DNA of 64,000 nt, taken from NCBI RefSeq assembly GCF_009914755.1, contig NC_060926.1; one strand, written 5' to 3'. This document shows, one piece after another, positions 41,497 to 54,531 of this stretch. The notes below the pieces were generated by a model that worked only from the letters and a program-made list of their open reading frames with translations, did no database searches and had not been told where the DNA came from. This DNA is from the human T2T-CHM13v2.0 reference genome, Homo sapiens. Numbering within the stretch: position 1 is the stretch's first letter; each line of letters starts with the position of its first letter. The position numbers and the translations under genes are program-made.

Positions 41497-41990
41497 GTTT
41501 TCTTAGATTGACCTTCTCTAAAAGCAAATGTTGAGACTACAGCTTGAGTTTATTTGGTGGAAATCTCAGGACAGAATCGATAGAGAGAGGAAGTGGGACA
41601 GGAAGGGAGAAAGGCATGAAAGGTGCATTAGTGAGTGAGCTATCATTGTGAGCAACTTGGGCTCAGCATCACTGGGTAGCCTGTGAGAAACCATGAACAC
41701 ATCTCATAATTATATTACAAATGCTCCAGCCTATCCATGCCCAGGATGATCAGGCTGGGTACTTTTCCATCCACTTCTACCCCTTATTGATTGGAGGTTG
41801 GCCCTGAGAGTGTTAACTTCCTGGTATTTTTACATTGCCCTGTTTATGGTCAAACAAGTTCCTGGATGGTACAGAAAGCCCTTAGGCAGAGATGGAGAGA
41901 ACCACAGGCGCTTGAGCACACCTAGAACGGTCTACCACATGTAAAGGTGAATTTAAGAAGACCAAGAAGAAATGAAACAAGACACCACCA
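41497..41990. mobile_element. LTR33-like ERVL solo LTR
   Basis: AAAGCAAATGTTGAGAC..GTTTATTTGG..GGAAGTGGGACAGGAAGGGAGAAAG..CATTGTGAGCAACTTGGGCTCA. Confidence 0.6.
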
Positions 41991-42264
41991 ATTAATTGGG
42001 AAAGAATGAAATTGGTACAAGAGAACACATTTAACAGGACATTAAGCACTGGGAAATCTGCATCAAAACCCCCTTTAAAATAACTGTGTTCCGTGCCTTA
42101 TAAGAATGAAACTGTGTTCTGTGCCTTATAAGAATGAAACAAGACACCACCATTCATTGGAAAAGAATGAAATTGGTAGAAGAGAACACATTTAATAGGG
42201 CATTAAGCACTGGGAAATCTATATCAAAACCCCCTTTAAAATATCTGTGTTCTGTGCCTTATAA
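41971..42264. repeat. Direct duplication of about 133 bp with a 28-bp junction duplication
   Basis: Copies at 41971-42103 and 42133-42264. The 28-mer occurs at 42083-42110 and 42111-42138. Confidence 0.95.
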
Positions 42265-42384
42265 TTTCATTTTTAACATCTAGTCTAAGAAAATAAAATA
42301 TATATAAGGATTGTGCAAAGATATGCTTGTCAAAGAACTATTTATACTGTTGAATTTGGAGGCAATTTCTAACCAAAGAGTTTG

Positions 42385-42715
42385 GTGAGGATGATGATGA
42401 TGATGTTGATGATAGTGGTGGTAGATGATGATGATGATAATGGTAGGGAGGGTGGTTGGCAATGGCGATAATATAAAATAATAATACAAATAGTTAACAT
42501 TTGTTGAATACTAAGAGGACGCTTGGCATGACTCTATGTGTTCCATGACTATTATCTCATTTGTTTTTCATAATAATCCTATGGTATTAGTTTCCCTATT
42601 TTATGAGTGAAGAAACTGTGATAGAAAGAATAAGTACCTTCTCCAAAATATTGCATCTTTTGTAATAGTTGAAAGAGGCAGAGCCAAGAATCAAACTCAG
42701 ACATCCCAGCTCTAA
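42385..42715 (-). mobile_element. MIR preceded by (GAT/GGT)n simple repeat
   Basis: AATAGTTAACATTTGTTGAATACT..CCCTATTTTATGAGTGAAGAAACTG..GGCAGAGCCAAGAATCAAACTCAG. Confidence 0.75.
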
Positions 42716-43249
42716 AATACAGAATATTGTAAATCAATGGAAAATGAGATTTACAAAGAATTTGTGGTCATAGGAGAAGTGCTTATAATGCCACATTAAG
42801 TTAGACTAAAGCATATAAAATTGCATATACATAGATATGAATTTAGGCTGAATTTAGAATACTAGCAATATTTTGAGCTGAGCCTATATAGATTTCTCTC
42901 TAACTACAAGTACATAAGTACATAGAAATGCTAGCTAATAGACAACACTTAGAAGTTAGTAGAAAGAGAAATTCCTGAGTGCCAGAAGAGAAAATCAAGT
43001 TTAGAGCAGATTGCTACTATTACAAGTCAATGCTGCAGAAGCCCAGGTGAAATTGCTTCAAGATTTAGGACCTATAAACGAGAGAATGCAGCTTTAATAC
43101 TCCATAAGGAATTTTTTAAAAATCTACTAGGTCAAGAAAGATTTACGCCTTATCTAGGTAGAAAAATAAAAAGCTATCTATGAGGAGAAATCAAAAGCAC
43201 AAGCCTGTAATAAACATGGATGTGAATTCAAAATTTTACCAACATTCAT

Positions 43250-44050
43250 CCATTCAACAGACATTTGTAATGTAAAATAAAACAATTATAACAACCGTAA
43301 CTTGAATTTTCTGTCATTAAAGTTAGGTGAACCTAAAATATGAAACAATAGTATCATGGAAATGAAACTGTAAGGAAGAAATTTCAGTTAAAGTATGCTG
43401 ACAGTATGGCATGGAGAGGATAGCTATGCTGATGGACTTATTAGGTAAATTATGCATGCTAAAAATTCAAGGGTAACTGCTAAAAGAAAGAAAGAAAGAG
43501 AGAGAGAAAATGCTGGTGGGGGGGTAAAAAGTCAATAAACTTAATAAAGGGCAACAGAGGAGAAATAAGAAAGAATATTGTAATCAAAACTCACAAAACA
43601 AGATGATAGAACCACCATCTAAATATTATTAGTTATCCTAACAAATGTAAAACAATAACATTTTTAATTTTCTCAGGTTAGATTATAAAAATCTGTCCAT
43701 ATGCTCTTCGTAAGAGACACACCTAAAACCAGGGAAATAATAATCAAAATGAACTGGTATGAAAATATTAGTATCAGACAAATTAGTCTTTAAGTCATAT
43801 GCAATTTAGGGGGAAAGAAGGTCATTAAATTACACAAAAAGAACAATTAGGAAGGTATAATATTACTAAAACTACATGAACTTAGAAAGATAGTCTCAAC
43901 ATACATAAGAAAAAAACTATTATTAAGAATTTGAAACATACAATCATACTGGGAGATTTTAACTTACCACTTTCAGAAACCAAAGTGAGCAGAAAAAAAT
44001 TTTTTTAAAGTTTACATATTTGAATGACTAATTTATCATTAAAGAAGATA
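43250..44050 (+). mobile_element. Ancient L1M fragment (inter-ORF region/endonuclease)
   Basis: TAAGAGACACACCTAAAAC..ATATTAGTATCAGACAAA..CAATCATACTGGGAGATTTTAAC (GDFN motif). Confidence 0.65.
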
Positions 44051-44442
44051 CTGGTAAGATCAACAAAAATTCTGGAAATATCATACATTTCTTGACAAGG
44101 AATCATATAGCTCAATCGTTTGTCAGAAAAAAGAATCAATTGCAGTACATTTTATGTAATCACTACTTTCTTATGTTTTCTGAACATATTTGGTAGTCCT
44201 AAGCTTAGCTAATGGTTCATGGTATAGTGGTCAGATAACTCTCTATAGACTGGAAGTGCCTCAAGGGGATATTTCATTAATTTTGGTGCAATATATTAAA
44301 GATAAGGATAAAGTAATAAAATTTTGTGAATTAATCTAATGCTATCAGATGTATTATTAAAATTCCTTTAAAGCAAGGAAAAAATAGCATTATAGATTAC
44401 TATTTTGCTGAATACGTGTGTGTATGTATGTACACATTTTAA

Positions 44443-44871
<429 letters not shown>

Positions 44872-45699
44872 TGATTGCTTCTCAGGAGGGATACTTAGTG
44901 GCTGGGAAACAGGCAAGAGGAAAGTTAAGTGTGCACGGCATACTTTCTGTTCATTTGGAACCACATACATGTTTAACTCACTCAAATAATTAAAATGTAC
45001 AATCAAAATGCACTTATTAGATGAAATTTTAGTGACGGTAAATAATTTGTACAGCTTAATATTTTTGTCTGAAAAATTAATAATAATAGCAATAATGCTA
45101 TTGCATATACAAATAGGATGCCAATGATGTAAAAATTATGCATAGAAAAAACAAATTTATGCAAATATACTAACAGTAGAACACTCTGGGTGATAAAATA
45201 TGGAATTTTGTTACTTTTGTATTTTTTCTGAATCTGTATGTGTTTTACATTGAATATGTAATTTATTAAAAATCAAGGAAAAATACTCTTTAAAGGGAAT
45301 ACTATTATAACCATGAGCTTAGATATTAATAATAGAATTGGAAAAGACATTATAAAAAGGTTTTTTCAACTGTTTGGATATTGACAGACAAATTTTAAAA
45401 AGGATAATTCTGAAGTTTGGCTTGACCAAATAGCAGTAATTAACAGGAACAGGGAAATTAAGAGGAAAGGAAAAGACATTTGAGTTTAAAGTAATGACAA
45501 GACATAAAGTAGAAATGTCCAGCAATTTTTCAGGAGTTTTAAGAATAAATTTTTAAACAGAATCACCAAGAGAGTTAATGAGCTGTTGTTTGGATTTTAA
45601 GGCCTTTTATTAACTGGCCCTACTTTACTACTACAAGCTTAAATCCAGGACAGCAATAATAAATCAACAGTAAAAATTCTGAAATACATGATTGGCAAG

Positions 45700-45850
45700 T
45701 TACAAACTGATTTATTACATATTATCTCATTCACACTATGAAGAAGAAAAAACTGTTACATGATCTATTTTACCAATGAAGAAATCGAGGTTCAATGAAG
45801 TCATTGAGTACTTTGCCTTAGGGCCTAGAATTCAGGTCTCCAACTCTCTG
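45700..45850 (-). mobile_element. MIR fragment
   Basis: TTACATATTATCTCATT..TATTTTACCAATGAAGAAATCGAGGTTCA..CAGGTCTCC. Confidence 0.6.
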
Positions 45851-46282
45851 TAGAGAATTTTGAGTGAAGTTTGTATTAACTCCAGCCAAGTGTATGCAAA
45901 TAAAATAAGATATTTTCTAAATAATATCTAGATGTGAGTATATTTTAAATCTGAACCTCTGTAAATAATTATTTTTATCCTTAGATTAGTTTTCTATTTC
46001 AGCAATTTCATCATTGATTTCTCTCTTTCCTATTTCAAAATATAAATTTAAATGTTACATAATTTCTTATTCTGTTAGCTAATTTGGTTATTCTGAAAAT
46101 GGTTTACAAACTGTAGAACAACACTATGGGGCATTTTGAAGGGAATAACCTCATAATTTTTATGCTTTATTATCTCATATATTATTGCCATAAGCATAGT
46201 GTCAACATTCTTGAAATAGAATTATTAACTTTCATTGGAGCCTATTTCACAATATCATAACTGAATCAATGTGGAATGGTAA

Positions 46283-46537
<255 letters not shown>

Positions 46538-47093
46538 TGATCTTAGTATTGAAGAATCCTGGTTCCTGTTTATAATACTGCAGAATGCAAACAAAACGAA
46601 TGCCAATCACCATTATTTCCAGAAAAAAATAAAGATAAAAGTTCATTTTATAAATGGCGACACAGTCTCTCAGCATGTCAATGAACAGGATATCTTGTTA
46701 TCAGCTCTTCTTATATAAACAGATCAGTTAAGGTGGCAACGTTTGAAATCATCTGATGATTTTGATCACAGTATTGCCATAGTGGTTTCTGAAGATTCCT
46801 TGATTATAGATTATGAAAAGGCATCTAAGTACCTAAAATAAACACCCATTTGTGGAGCCCATTGACAGATATGACTTCTTTCAATTTTAAATAATAATCC
46901 TCTACCTCTCTTTAAAGGGAAGCAGCATTTGGTCTGCGTTCTCTAATTAATTCTTGCAACTAGAAATGAACATTTGTGATTCTTGAACTCACAGACTACC
47001 TAAGGAAGAATTTGTTGACACTGACAGCTAGATTTTGAAAAGAGGTTTCTACTAGGCCTCTAACCAAGGATATAGAAACTGTGAGCACTTATA

Positions 47094-49427
47094 TAGGCAT
47101 AATTCCTTTTATTGTTTTATTTTGCTTGGCAGATAATGCATTTTTTACAACTTAAAGATATGACAACCTTACATGGAGCAAGTCTATTGAGACCATTTCA
47201 ACAACATGTACTCATTTTGTGTCTTTGTGTCACATTTTGGCAATTCTCCCAGTATTTCAAACTTTTTCATATCATATCTGTTATGGTGATCTGTGATCAG
47301 TGATCTTTGGTGTTACTATCGTAATTGTTTTGGGGTGCCATGAACCACATCCATATAAGACAGCAAACTTAATAAAAGTTGTGTGTGTTCTGATGGCTTC
47401 ACCAATGGCCAATCTCCGGTCTCTCCCGCCTCAGGCCTCTCTAATTCCCTGAGACACAACAATATTGAAATTAAGCAAATTAGTAACCCTACAATGACCT
47501 CTAAGTGTTCAAGTGAAAGGAAGTGTCCTATGTCTCTCACTTTAAATCAAAAGCTAGAAATGATTGAGCTTAGTAAAGAAGGCATGTCAAAAGCCAAGGC
47601 AGTCTGAAAGCTAAGCCTCTTACACTGAACAGTTAGACAAGTTGTGAGTGCAAAGAGAAAGCTCTTGAAAGAAATTAAAAGTGCTACTCCAGTGAATTCG
47701 TGAATGTTAAGCATGCAGAACAGCTTATTGCTGACATGGAGAAAGTTTGAGTGGTCTGGATAGAAGATCAAACGAGCCACAGCATTTCCTTAAGCCAAAG
47801 TTTAATCCAGAGAAAAGCTTTAACTCTCTCCAATTCCATGAAGGCTTTAAGAAGTTAGGAAGCTGCAGAGGAAAAGTTTGAAGCTAGCAGAGATTGGTTC
47901 ATAAGGTTAAAAAATATAAGCCATCTTTATAACATAAAAGTACAAGGTGAAGCAGCAAGTGTTGTTGTAGAAGCTTCAGCAAGTTATCCAGAAGATCTCG
48001 TAAAATTTCAGTGTAAACAAAACAGCTTTATATTGGAAGATGCCATCTAGGACTTTCATAGCTAGAGAGGAGAAGTCAGGTCCTGGCTTCAAAGCTCCAA
48101 AGAACAGTCTGATTCTCTTGTTGCAAGCTAATGTACCTAGTGACCTTAAATGGAAACTAATGCTCATTTACTATTCTGAAAATCCTAGACCCTAAGGATT
48201 TATGCTGAATTTGTTCTAAAGCTACTCTGTCTGTGCTCTATAAATGAAATAACAAAGCTTAGAATTGGATGACAACACGTGTTTGCAACATGTTTTAGTG
48301 AACATTTGAAGCCCCCTGTTGAGACCAACTGCAAAGGAAAAAAAAAAGATTCTGTTAATATTACTGCTCACTGACAATGCACTTGGTCACCCAAGAGCTC
48401 TATTTAAAATATACAAGGAGATTAATGTTGTTTTCATGCCTGCTAACACAATGTCCATTCTGTAGCCATGGATCAAGTAATGTCAAATTTTAAGTCTTAT
48501 TATGTAAGAAATACACTTTGTAAAGCTACCTATCAGACCCCTGATAGGTCTGAACAAAATGAATTGAAAACCTGCTGGAAAGGATTTGCCATTCTAGATA
48601 TCATTAAGGATATTCATGATTCATGGGAGGAGGTCAAAATATTAACATGAGCAGGAGTTTGGAAGATGTTAGTTCCAACCCTCATGGATAACTCTGTGGG
48701 GTTCAAGAATGCAGTGGGGAAAGTAACTGCAGATGTGGTGCAACTAACAAGATAAATCGATTAGAAGTGAAACCTGAAGATGCGACTGAATTGCTGCACT
48801 CTCATGATAAAACTTGAGCAGATGAGGAGTTAATTCTTATGGATGAGCAAAGAACGTGGTTTCTTTAGATGATGGAATCTACTGTTAGTGAAGAGGCTAT
48901 GAACATTGTTGAAATGACAAGAAAGGATTATATTATATAAACCTTGTTGATAAAGCAGCATCAGGGTTTGAGAAGATCAACCCCCATTTTGAAAGAAGTT
49001 CTATTGTGAGTAAAATGCTGTCAAGCAGCATCACTTGCACAGAGAAATCTTCCTTGAAAGGAAGTGTCAATGAATGCAGCAAACTTCATTGTCTCATTTT
49101 AACAAATTGTCATAGTCACCCTAACCTTCAGCAACCACCACCACGATCAGTTAGTTGCCATCAACATGGAGGCAAGACCCTCTACCAAAAAAAAAACATG
49201 ACAACTTGCTGAAGGTTCAGAAGATCATTAGCATTTTTAGCAATAAAGTATTTTTATAATTAAGGTCTGTACATTGTTTTTTCCATTAATTGCACACTTA
49301 ATAGACTGCAGTATAGTGTAAACATAACTTTTATATGCACTGGAAAACAAAAAAAGATTGTGTGTGGCTTACTTGACTGCAATATTTGCATTATTAGGAT
49401 GGTCTGGAAAAAAATCCATAATGCCTG
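47094..49427 (+). mobile_element. Tigger1 DNA transposon, near full length, transposase decayed
   Basis: TA|TAGGCAT...ATGCCTG|TA termini. Pogo-type transposase fragments MTSKCSSERK..LTLNQKLEMIELSKEGMSKA and MDQVMSNFKSYYVRNT, plus a DNA-motif region (ACTGACAATGCA). Confidence 0.93.
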
Positions 49428-51449
49428 TACTTCGAAAATGGGGTCAGATGGCTAATGGGGCTGGCGAATGGTAATCTGCTGACATAAATACCTAACTCCA
49501 GCACAGTTATTTGTATTTGTGATTTGAGGTCCAAAATAATGAGGCCACAACAGGGACTGAGGAAGTGGGATACTCTTTCTAGATTTGACTCCATACCTCT
49601 TCTTCTGTCAATTAAACAGTCCTCCAGACAGGATGCTTATTTTATTCCGGCAATAAGTATTGGGCAAGATGTTCAACATGCTGATAAATTATGTAGTAAA
49701 TAAATTAATTTTATTGAAGTGTATTATTAATTAAGGCATAATGAAATAGTTAGGTGGCCTTTTCATTTGACAGCTAGGAGTTAAAATTTGAGAGAGCTGT
49801 TTATTATATAGCACAAATAGCATCAAGATCCCAAAGTAGAGTACGGGAAAGGTATATGTCTATACGCACTAAATGCTCATATTTCTGTTGACTCTCATGC
49901 AATTACAATGCACTAGCTACCAAGTCATTTTTGATAGCATTCTCTTAGCTTTTAATTTCTCGTGTGGGGAAAAGATAATAGAAAATCCTCCATTGCTCCA
50001 ACTACACTACAGTGTAGTCTGTACAGAGTCTGTCTACACTAGAGTGATATAATAAAACCATAGCAGTGATATATGTAGAAGTCACACTTTGTTTAAATGA
50101 TAATTGTTTCTTTTATGCTGCCATCCAAAGAAATTGTCTAAAAATGGCGATTGATTCACATACTCTCAAATTATTTTATGAACATATTAAGAGACAGTAC
50201 ATGCCATGATTGTGTCTATACCTATATCCATGTGCATGTAACTTCTATATCTATATCCATTTAAAAATGTGTGTATCAGTGATTCTGTGTGTATATACAC
50301 AATGGAGAATGCTGTTTAGATCTCTAAATGATTTTTCCCTGCCCTTAATCTGTATTTAATCAGGAAACCATTCTGTAATGAGAAAACTGTTCATTTTAGT
50401 CTTTTATGTTTGCGATCCCAAGGTTCCTCCTTAGTGATTACATTTAGTAACTCCCTTTCGCTGTCTGAAAGCACAGGCAGTTTTTCCATAATAAAAACTG
50501 GATTAGCACGTATCAGGAAGAGACACCACCAGCTGTCACTTTGAAATCAGACCACTCGGCCCTATTTGAGATGACAATGGATAAACTGATAAATGACAGG
50601 CAGTTTTCCTATATTTATCTAGTAAGTGGTTAATATGGGCTAACACTGTCTGTAATAAAGCTATAAACAGGGTCAAAGAAGAAAAAAGCTTCATTTGAAT
50701 AGGATATACATTATTAAGAGAAAAATCCACTATAGCACACTGTATTATTTATTTCATTCAGTTGCGCTATTACAATTGTCACTAATAGTTCCACTTCTCT
50801 TTCCTTATTTCTTTTGCTGTCTTCCCATTTGATAATATTACAGTTATGTTACTTCTGCTGTACAAATTCTGAATACATATGTTTAAGGACAAAATCCAAA
50901 ATGATTAAAACTTTTTTCTTCTAAGAATTTCTGCAAATCATAGCATTTCAGAGAATTCTCTGTAACTGAAATTAGTGAAATAATTTTATTTCTCACTATA
51001 TTTAGCAAGTCGTATGCTTCAGGCAGACCTCAAATACTGCCACATTGTTAAACTAATCCAAACTACAGTTGAACTAAAATAAACGATGTATGAGCAATAT
51101 GTATCAATAATGGTTTAGGGAACACTTATATTGATAGTGGGCTATCAGTAATCATTAGGAAATTAAGGGATTGTGATACTCTGATATTTGTCACTTATAG
51201 TAATGGCCTTGGGGGTTTAAATGATGACTGCCGGACTTAGGGCCTTTTAGTTAAATAATTTGTTTTTAAGTTTTTCTTCATTCATTAACTAAATTATAAA
51301 AATAATAATTATCTTTTCAAGGGTTGAAAATATATACATCAAGAAAAAGTTAATAGTCCTCTCCATTCCCCCCTTTATTTTTGAGCTAATCAATATTATC
51401 AAATTGGTATCTGCCTTTACCTGACTTCCTTCATGTTATACCCATGTTA

Positions 51450-51570
51450 GAGATGATGAAACCAGCAGAGATAGATTAAGTAACTTGCAAAAGATATGGA
51501 CCTACCAAGTAACATAGCCGGGATTTAAACAAAGGCAGTCCACTTCCAAAACCTACATCAAAACCATTAT
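51450..51570 (-). mobile_element. MIR fragment
   Basis: AGATGATGAAACC..GATTAAGTAACTTGC..AGCCGGGATTTAAAC..GGCAGTC. Confidence 0.65.
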
Positions 51571-51639
51571 ACTAAAAGGCTGCTTCTGTTAGATTTTATG
51601 ACCGAATAAGTGAATGAATGATTTAGGTGACATAAAAGT

Positions 51640-52380
51640 TACATTGACCCCTATGTTTCATTTTGGGTGAGTATAATCATTAATAGATATTGGGTATGAA
51701 GGGGATGGAGATTTGGAGTAGGAGTTACATAAATTCATTTTAATTACTTGAGTTGTATTTTAAAGGACATTTGTGCTTTAAATGCTTATAAAACTTCCAA
51801 ATTGCATATGTCAAGCTGGCACAATAGCAAACCAGAAATGTCTGGATTGGATATACAGAATTGAGAGCAGCAGCATACAAATAGTGCTTAAAGCCATGTA
51901 TGATAAAGGAAGAGAGACCAAGTCACTTGATGATGCCACGTAAGATGCAAAGTGGAGAAAACTAGAAAGAAAAGACTGAAAAGAAGTAGCCAGAATGCTG
52001 AGGCCAAACAAGAAAAAGAGAAGTCACAGAAGCCAAGGATGTTGAGAGTTCTTAAAAGAGTAGTCAAAAATGTCCATCACTTCAGAGAGGCAAATTAAAG
52101 GAAAGCTAAAAGGAGAATATTGGATGTGGCAGTTAGAAAATCATTCTACATTTTTTTTTTTGCCAGAACAATTAGTGAAGAGGTAAATAGAAATCATGAA
52201 GGTAGAAGGCGTTTTCATAAGTTAGCTAATAAAGGACAGAGATTGATAGGCCAAGGGATTTCAGGGTCACTGTCATTTTATTTGTATTATTTTTCATGGT
52301 TTTGTTTTACTTTAAGTAGGAAAAGTAGTTGAGTATATTTAAAAACTGCAGAAAAAGAATCAAGGTGAGGGTAGAAAGAT
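51640..52380 (-). mobile_element. L2 fragment
   Basis: GGATATACAGAATTGAGAGCAGCAGCATA..TTAAAGCCATG..AGAAGCCAAGG..TTGGATGTGGCAG. Purine-rich, as in reverse L2. Confidence 0.6.
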
Positions 52381-53107
52381 TTCAGGGGATAAAATCTGAC
52401 CGTTAACCATTGTATAAACCCATAGCATCTTCCACGGAATCTGATATCAAGTGGATGTTTGACCTCCTGAACTCTGATCTGAAGAATAATAATACACAAG
52501 TTATTCTAAGAAGGAGAAATTCACTTTCTGGAATTTTTGTTTAATGGTGGATACGTTTTCCTCTGGAAAAAAAAATATTTATATATATACCTGGGAATTT
52601 GAGAAAGGATTAGACAGTCACTAACCACACATGTCCTGGTTACTCTCGTCACCTCTTACCTTCCGTTTTCTTATAATAGAATGTCTGGTTCCTACAATTT
52701 AAGCCCAGTCCTAAAGGCTCCCTTCAGGGCCCTTGGGCACTGTCATGCCATTTGGACGCAGAAACCCAGGCTTCAACACGCCCCTTTCTTCACCTTGCGG
52801 TATATGTGTGATGTCTCCTCAGTTAAAAGATAGGTGATTCAGGGGTCTGTCAGCACACATGTTCCATTAGACAAACATTGCCCCCAAACTCACCCAGTCT
52901 CTGCCCTTTGCAGACACTGGGAAGGGCTGTTGAGGCTGTTATCTATCACTGTGCCCTAGCTACCTGTGACCGAATGTTCCTAGAGACTCCCTTAACCTCC
53001 AAATTCTAAGAAACTAAAGTACTAAAGTACTTTTACACTCCAGTTTATTTTTCCTAGTACCAGAGTTTATACCCTGCATGCTTGCTGGGGGTTGCAATGT
53101 AGTACAC

Positions 53108-53124
53108 CCACATACAAACACAAA

Positions 53125-53156
<32 letters not shown>
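53108..53156. repeat. (CA)n microsatellite
   Basis: Seen directly. Confidence 0.95.
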
Positions 53157-53157
<1 letters not shown>

Positions 53158-54069
53158 TCATAATGTGTAGCTATACATAATATTATATATATTATATCAG
53201 ATAATATGATTTTCTAAAATTACTATTATACAGAAATGTAAGGATTGGCCAGTTGAACACTAAATGACCTAATTTGTTAATAATGCTATTATACCCTTAA
53301 CTTCCAAATTTAAAGTTTTAACCTTTAAATCTCGAGAGTTATACTAAAGGTTTTTGGACATAAGCTATTTTTAGAAGGGAGGGGGTTCAATGATTAAAAT
53401 CACATATACCAAAATTACTGTGCTTTTTTAGTAAGAAAATAACTGAAAGAACTGTCTAAACTCTCACTTCTATGCTTATCGTGAATTTACGTTTTTAATT
53501 AAGCACTTAATTAAATACTTAATTGTAGGTGTTTTTGGAATCTCAACCCCTTTCACATATGAATGTCTATTTTAAGAGATCAATGAACAATTTTCCAACA
53601 TTATGCTTTGTTATTTCATATTCTATTCACATGTGTTAGTTGGCCAGTTTCTTTTTGGTTACCTTAATGTCTTTCTTTTTTTAAGATTACAGATATAATC
53701 TTAGTCATTTTTGCCATTATTTATAAAACCCAAAAATAACATGCATAAGGTCTTTTCCCTTTGCCATTGTTTTACTCAAATAAGATTAAACTTAAGTTTC
53801 TAAATGTGGGAAACCTTAACTAGAATAGCGTCTCAAAGAGAAACAAAGGTTCTTTTTTTCCCCTTAAAATCTGTGTATAATTTTCATAGTTCTGTATTTG
53901 ATTTGGTGTTTCATTAACTCATCTATTAAGATTTGATTTAGAACTATTATGACTGATGTGGATAATATACCAGACCCCTGTCCCATAACAGTAACTCAAG
54001 TTCAAAATAACATTTTTTTATTATTCTGTTGCCAGGTAATTAAAAGCATATAAAAGCACCCATAAAATT

Positions 54070-54531
54070 ATCAGATACCTGAAAAACTCTCTCTTTGATT
54101 ACTCATTGGTCATTCACCTCTATTGTTCTTTGTGCAAAGAACCTGATTTTGTATGGGTATGGGACAGTCATATGCTTAAGATGAGATGGGACACTCTCCA
54201 CTCTCATCTCATGAAGTTTGCTAGGACCAGTGGCTGAGTTTTGATTAGTGTGAGTCAGTCATCAGGAATCTTGTCTCCTTGACCATGGTTGTTCAAGAAC
54301 AGGCATGCAATGGAATTCTGACTGACGGGCTGTAGAAAAAGACAGTACTTGATAAATCTCTTATAAAGAGACATCAGAAGAAACATTTTCCCATCTAGTT
54401 CTTGAAACTGTATTGTGAGAGAACATGATACTTGGAGCTTTTGTAGCCATTTTATGACTATAACAAAATAAATTCGAGGTCAAAGCCAGCATAATGAGGA
54501 TGTCAGAACTGAGTTATGAAACATACCTTGG
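54070..54531 (+). mobile_element. Old MaLR LTR (MLT1J/K-like), split by the young L1 and continuing at about 60635-60735
   Basis: AGAACCTGATTTTGT..CATGATACTTGGAGCTTTTGTAGCCATTTTATGAC..AAAGCCAGCATAATGAGGATG, resuming CCTTGGTCCTTGAT after the L1. Confidence 0.6.

Noticed and set aside
41971-42264. Repeat-spacer-like pattern suggestive of a CRISPR array
   Set aside because: The intervening sequences are copies of each other, the DNA is primate, and there are no cas genes. It is a tandem duplication.
42280-42489. His/Ile-rich 69-aa ORF
   Set aside because: It is a translation of a (GAT/GGT)n simple repeat.
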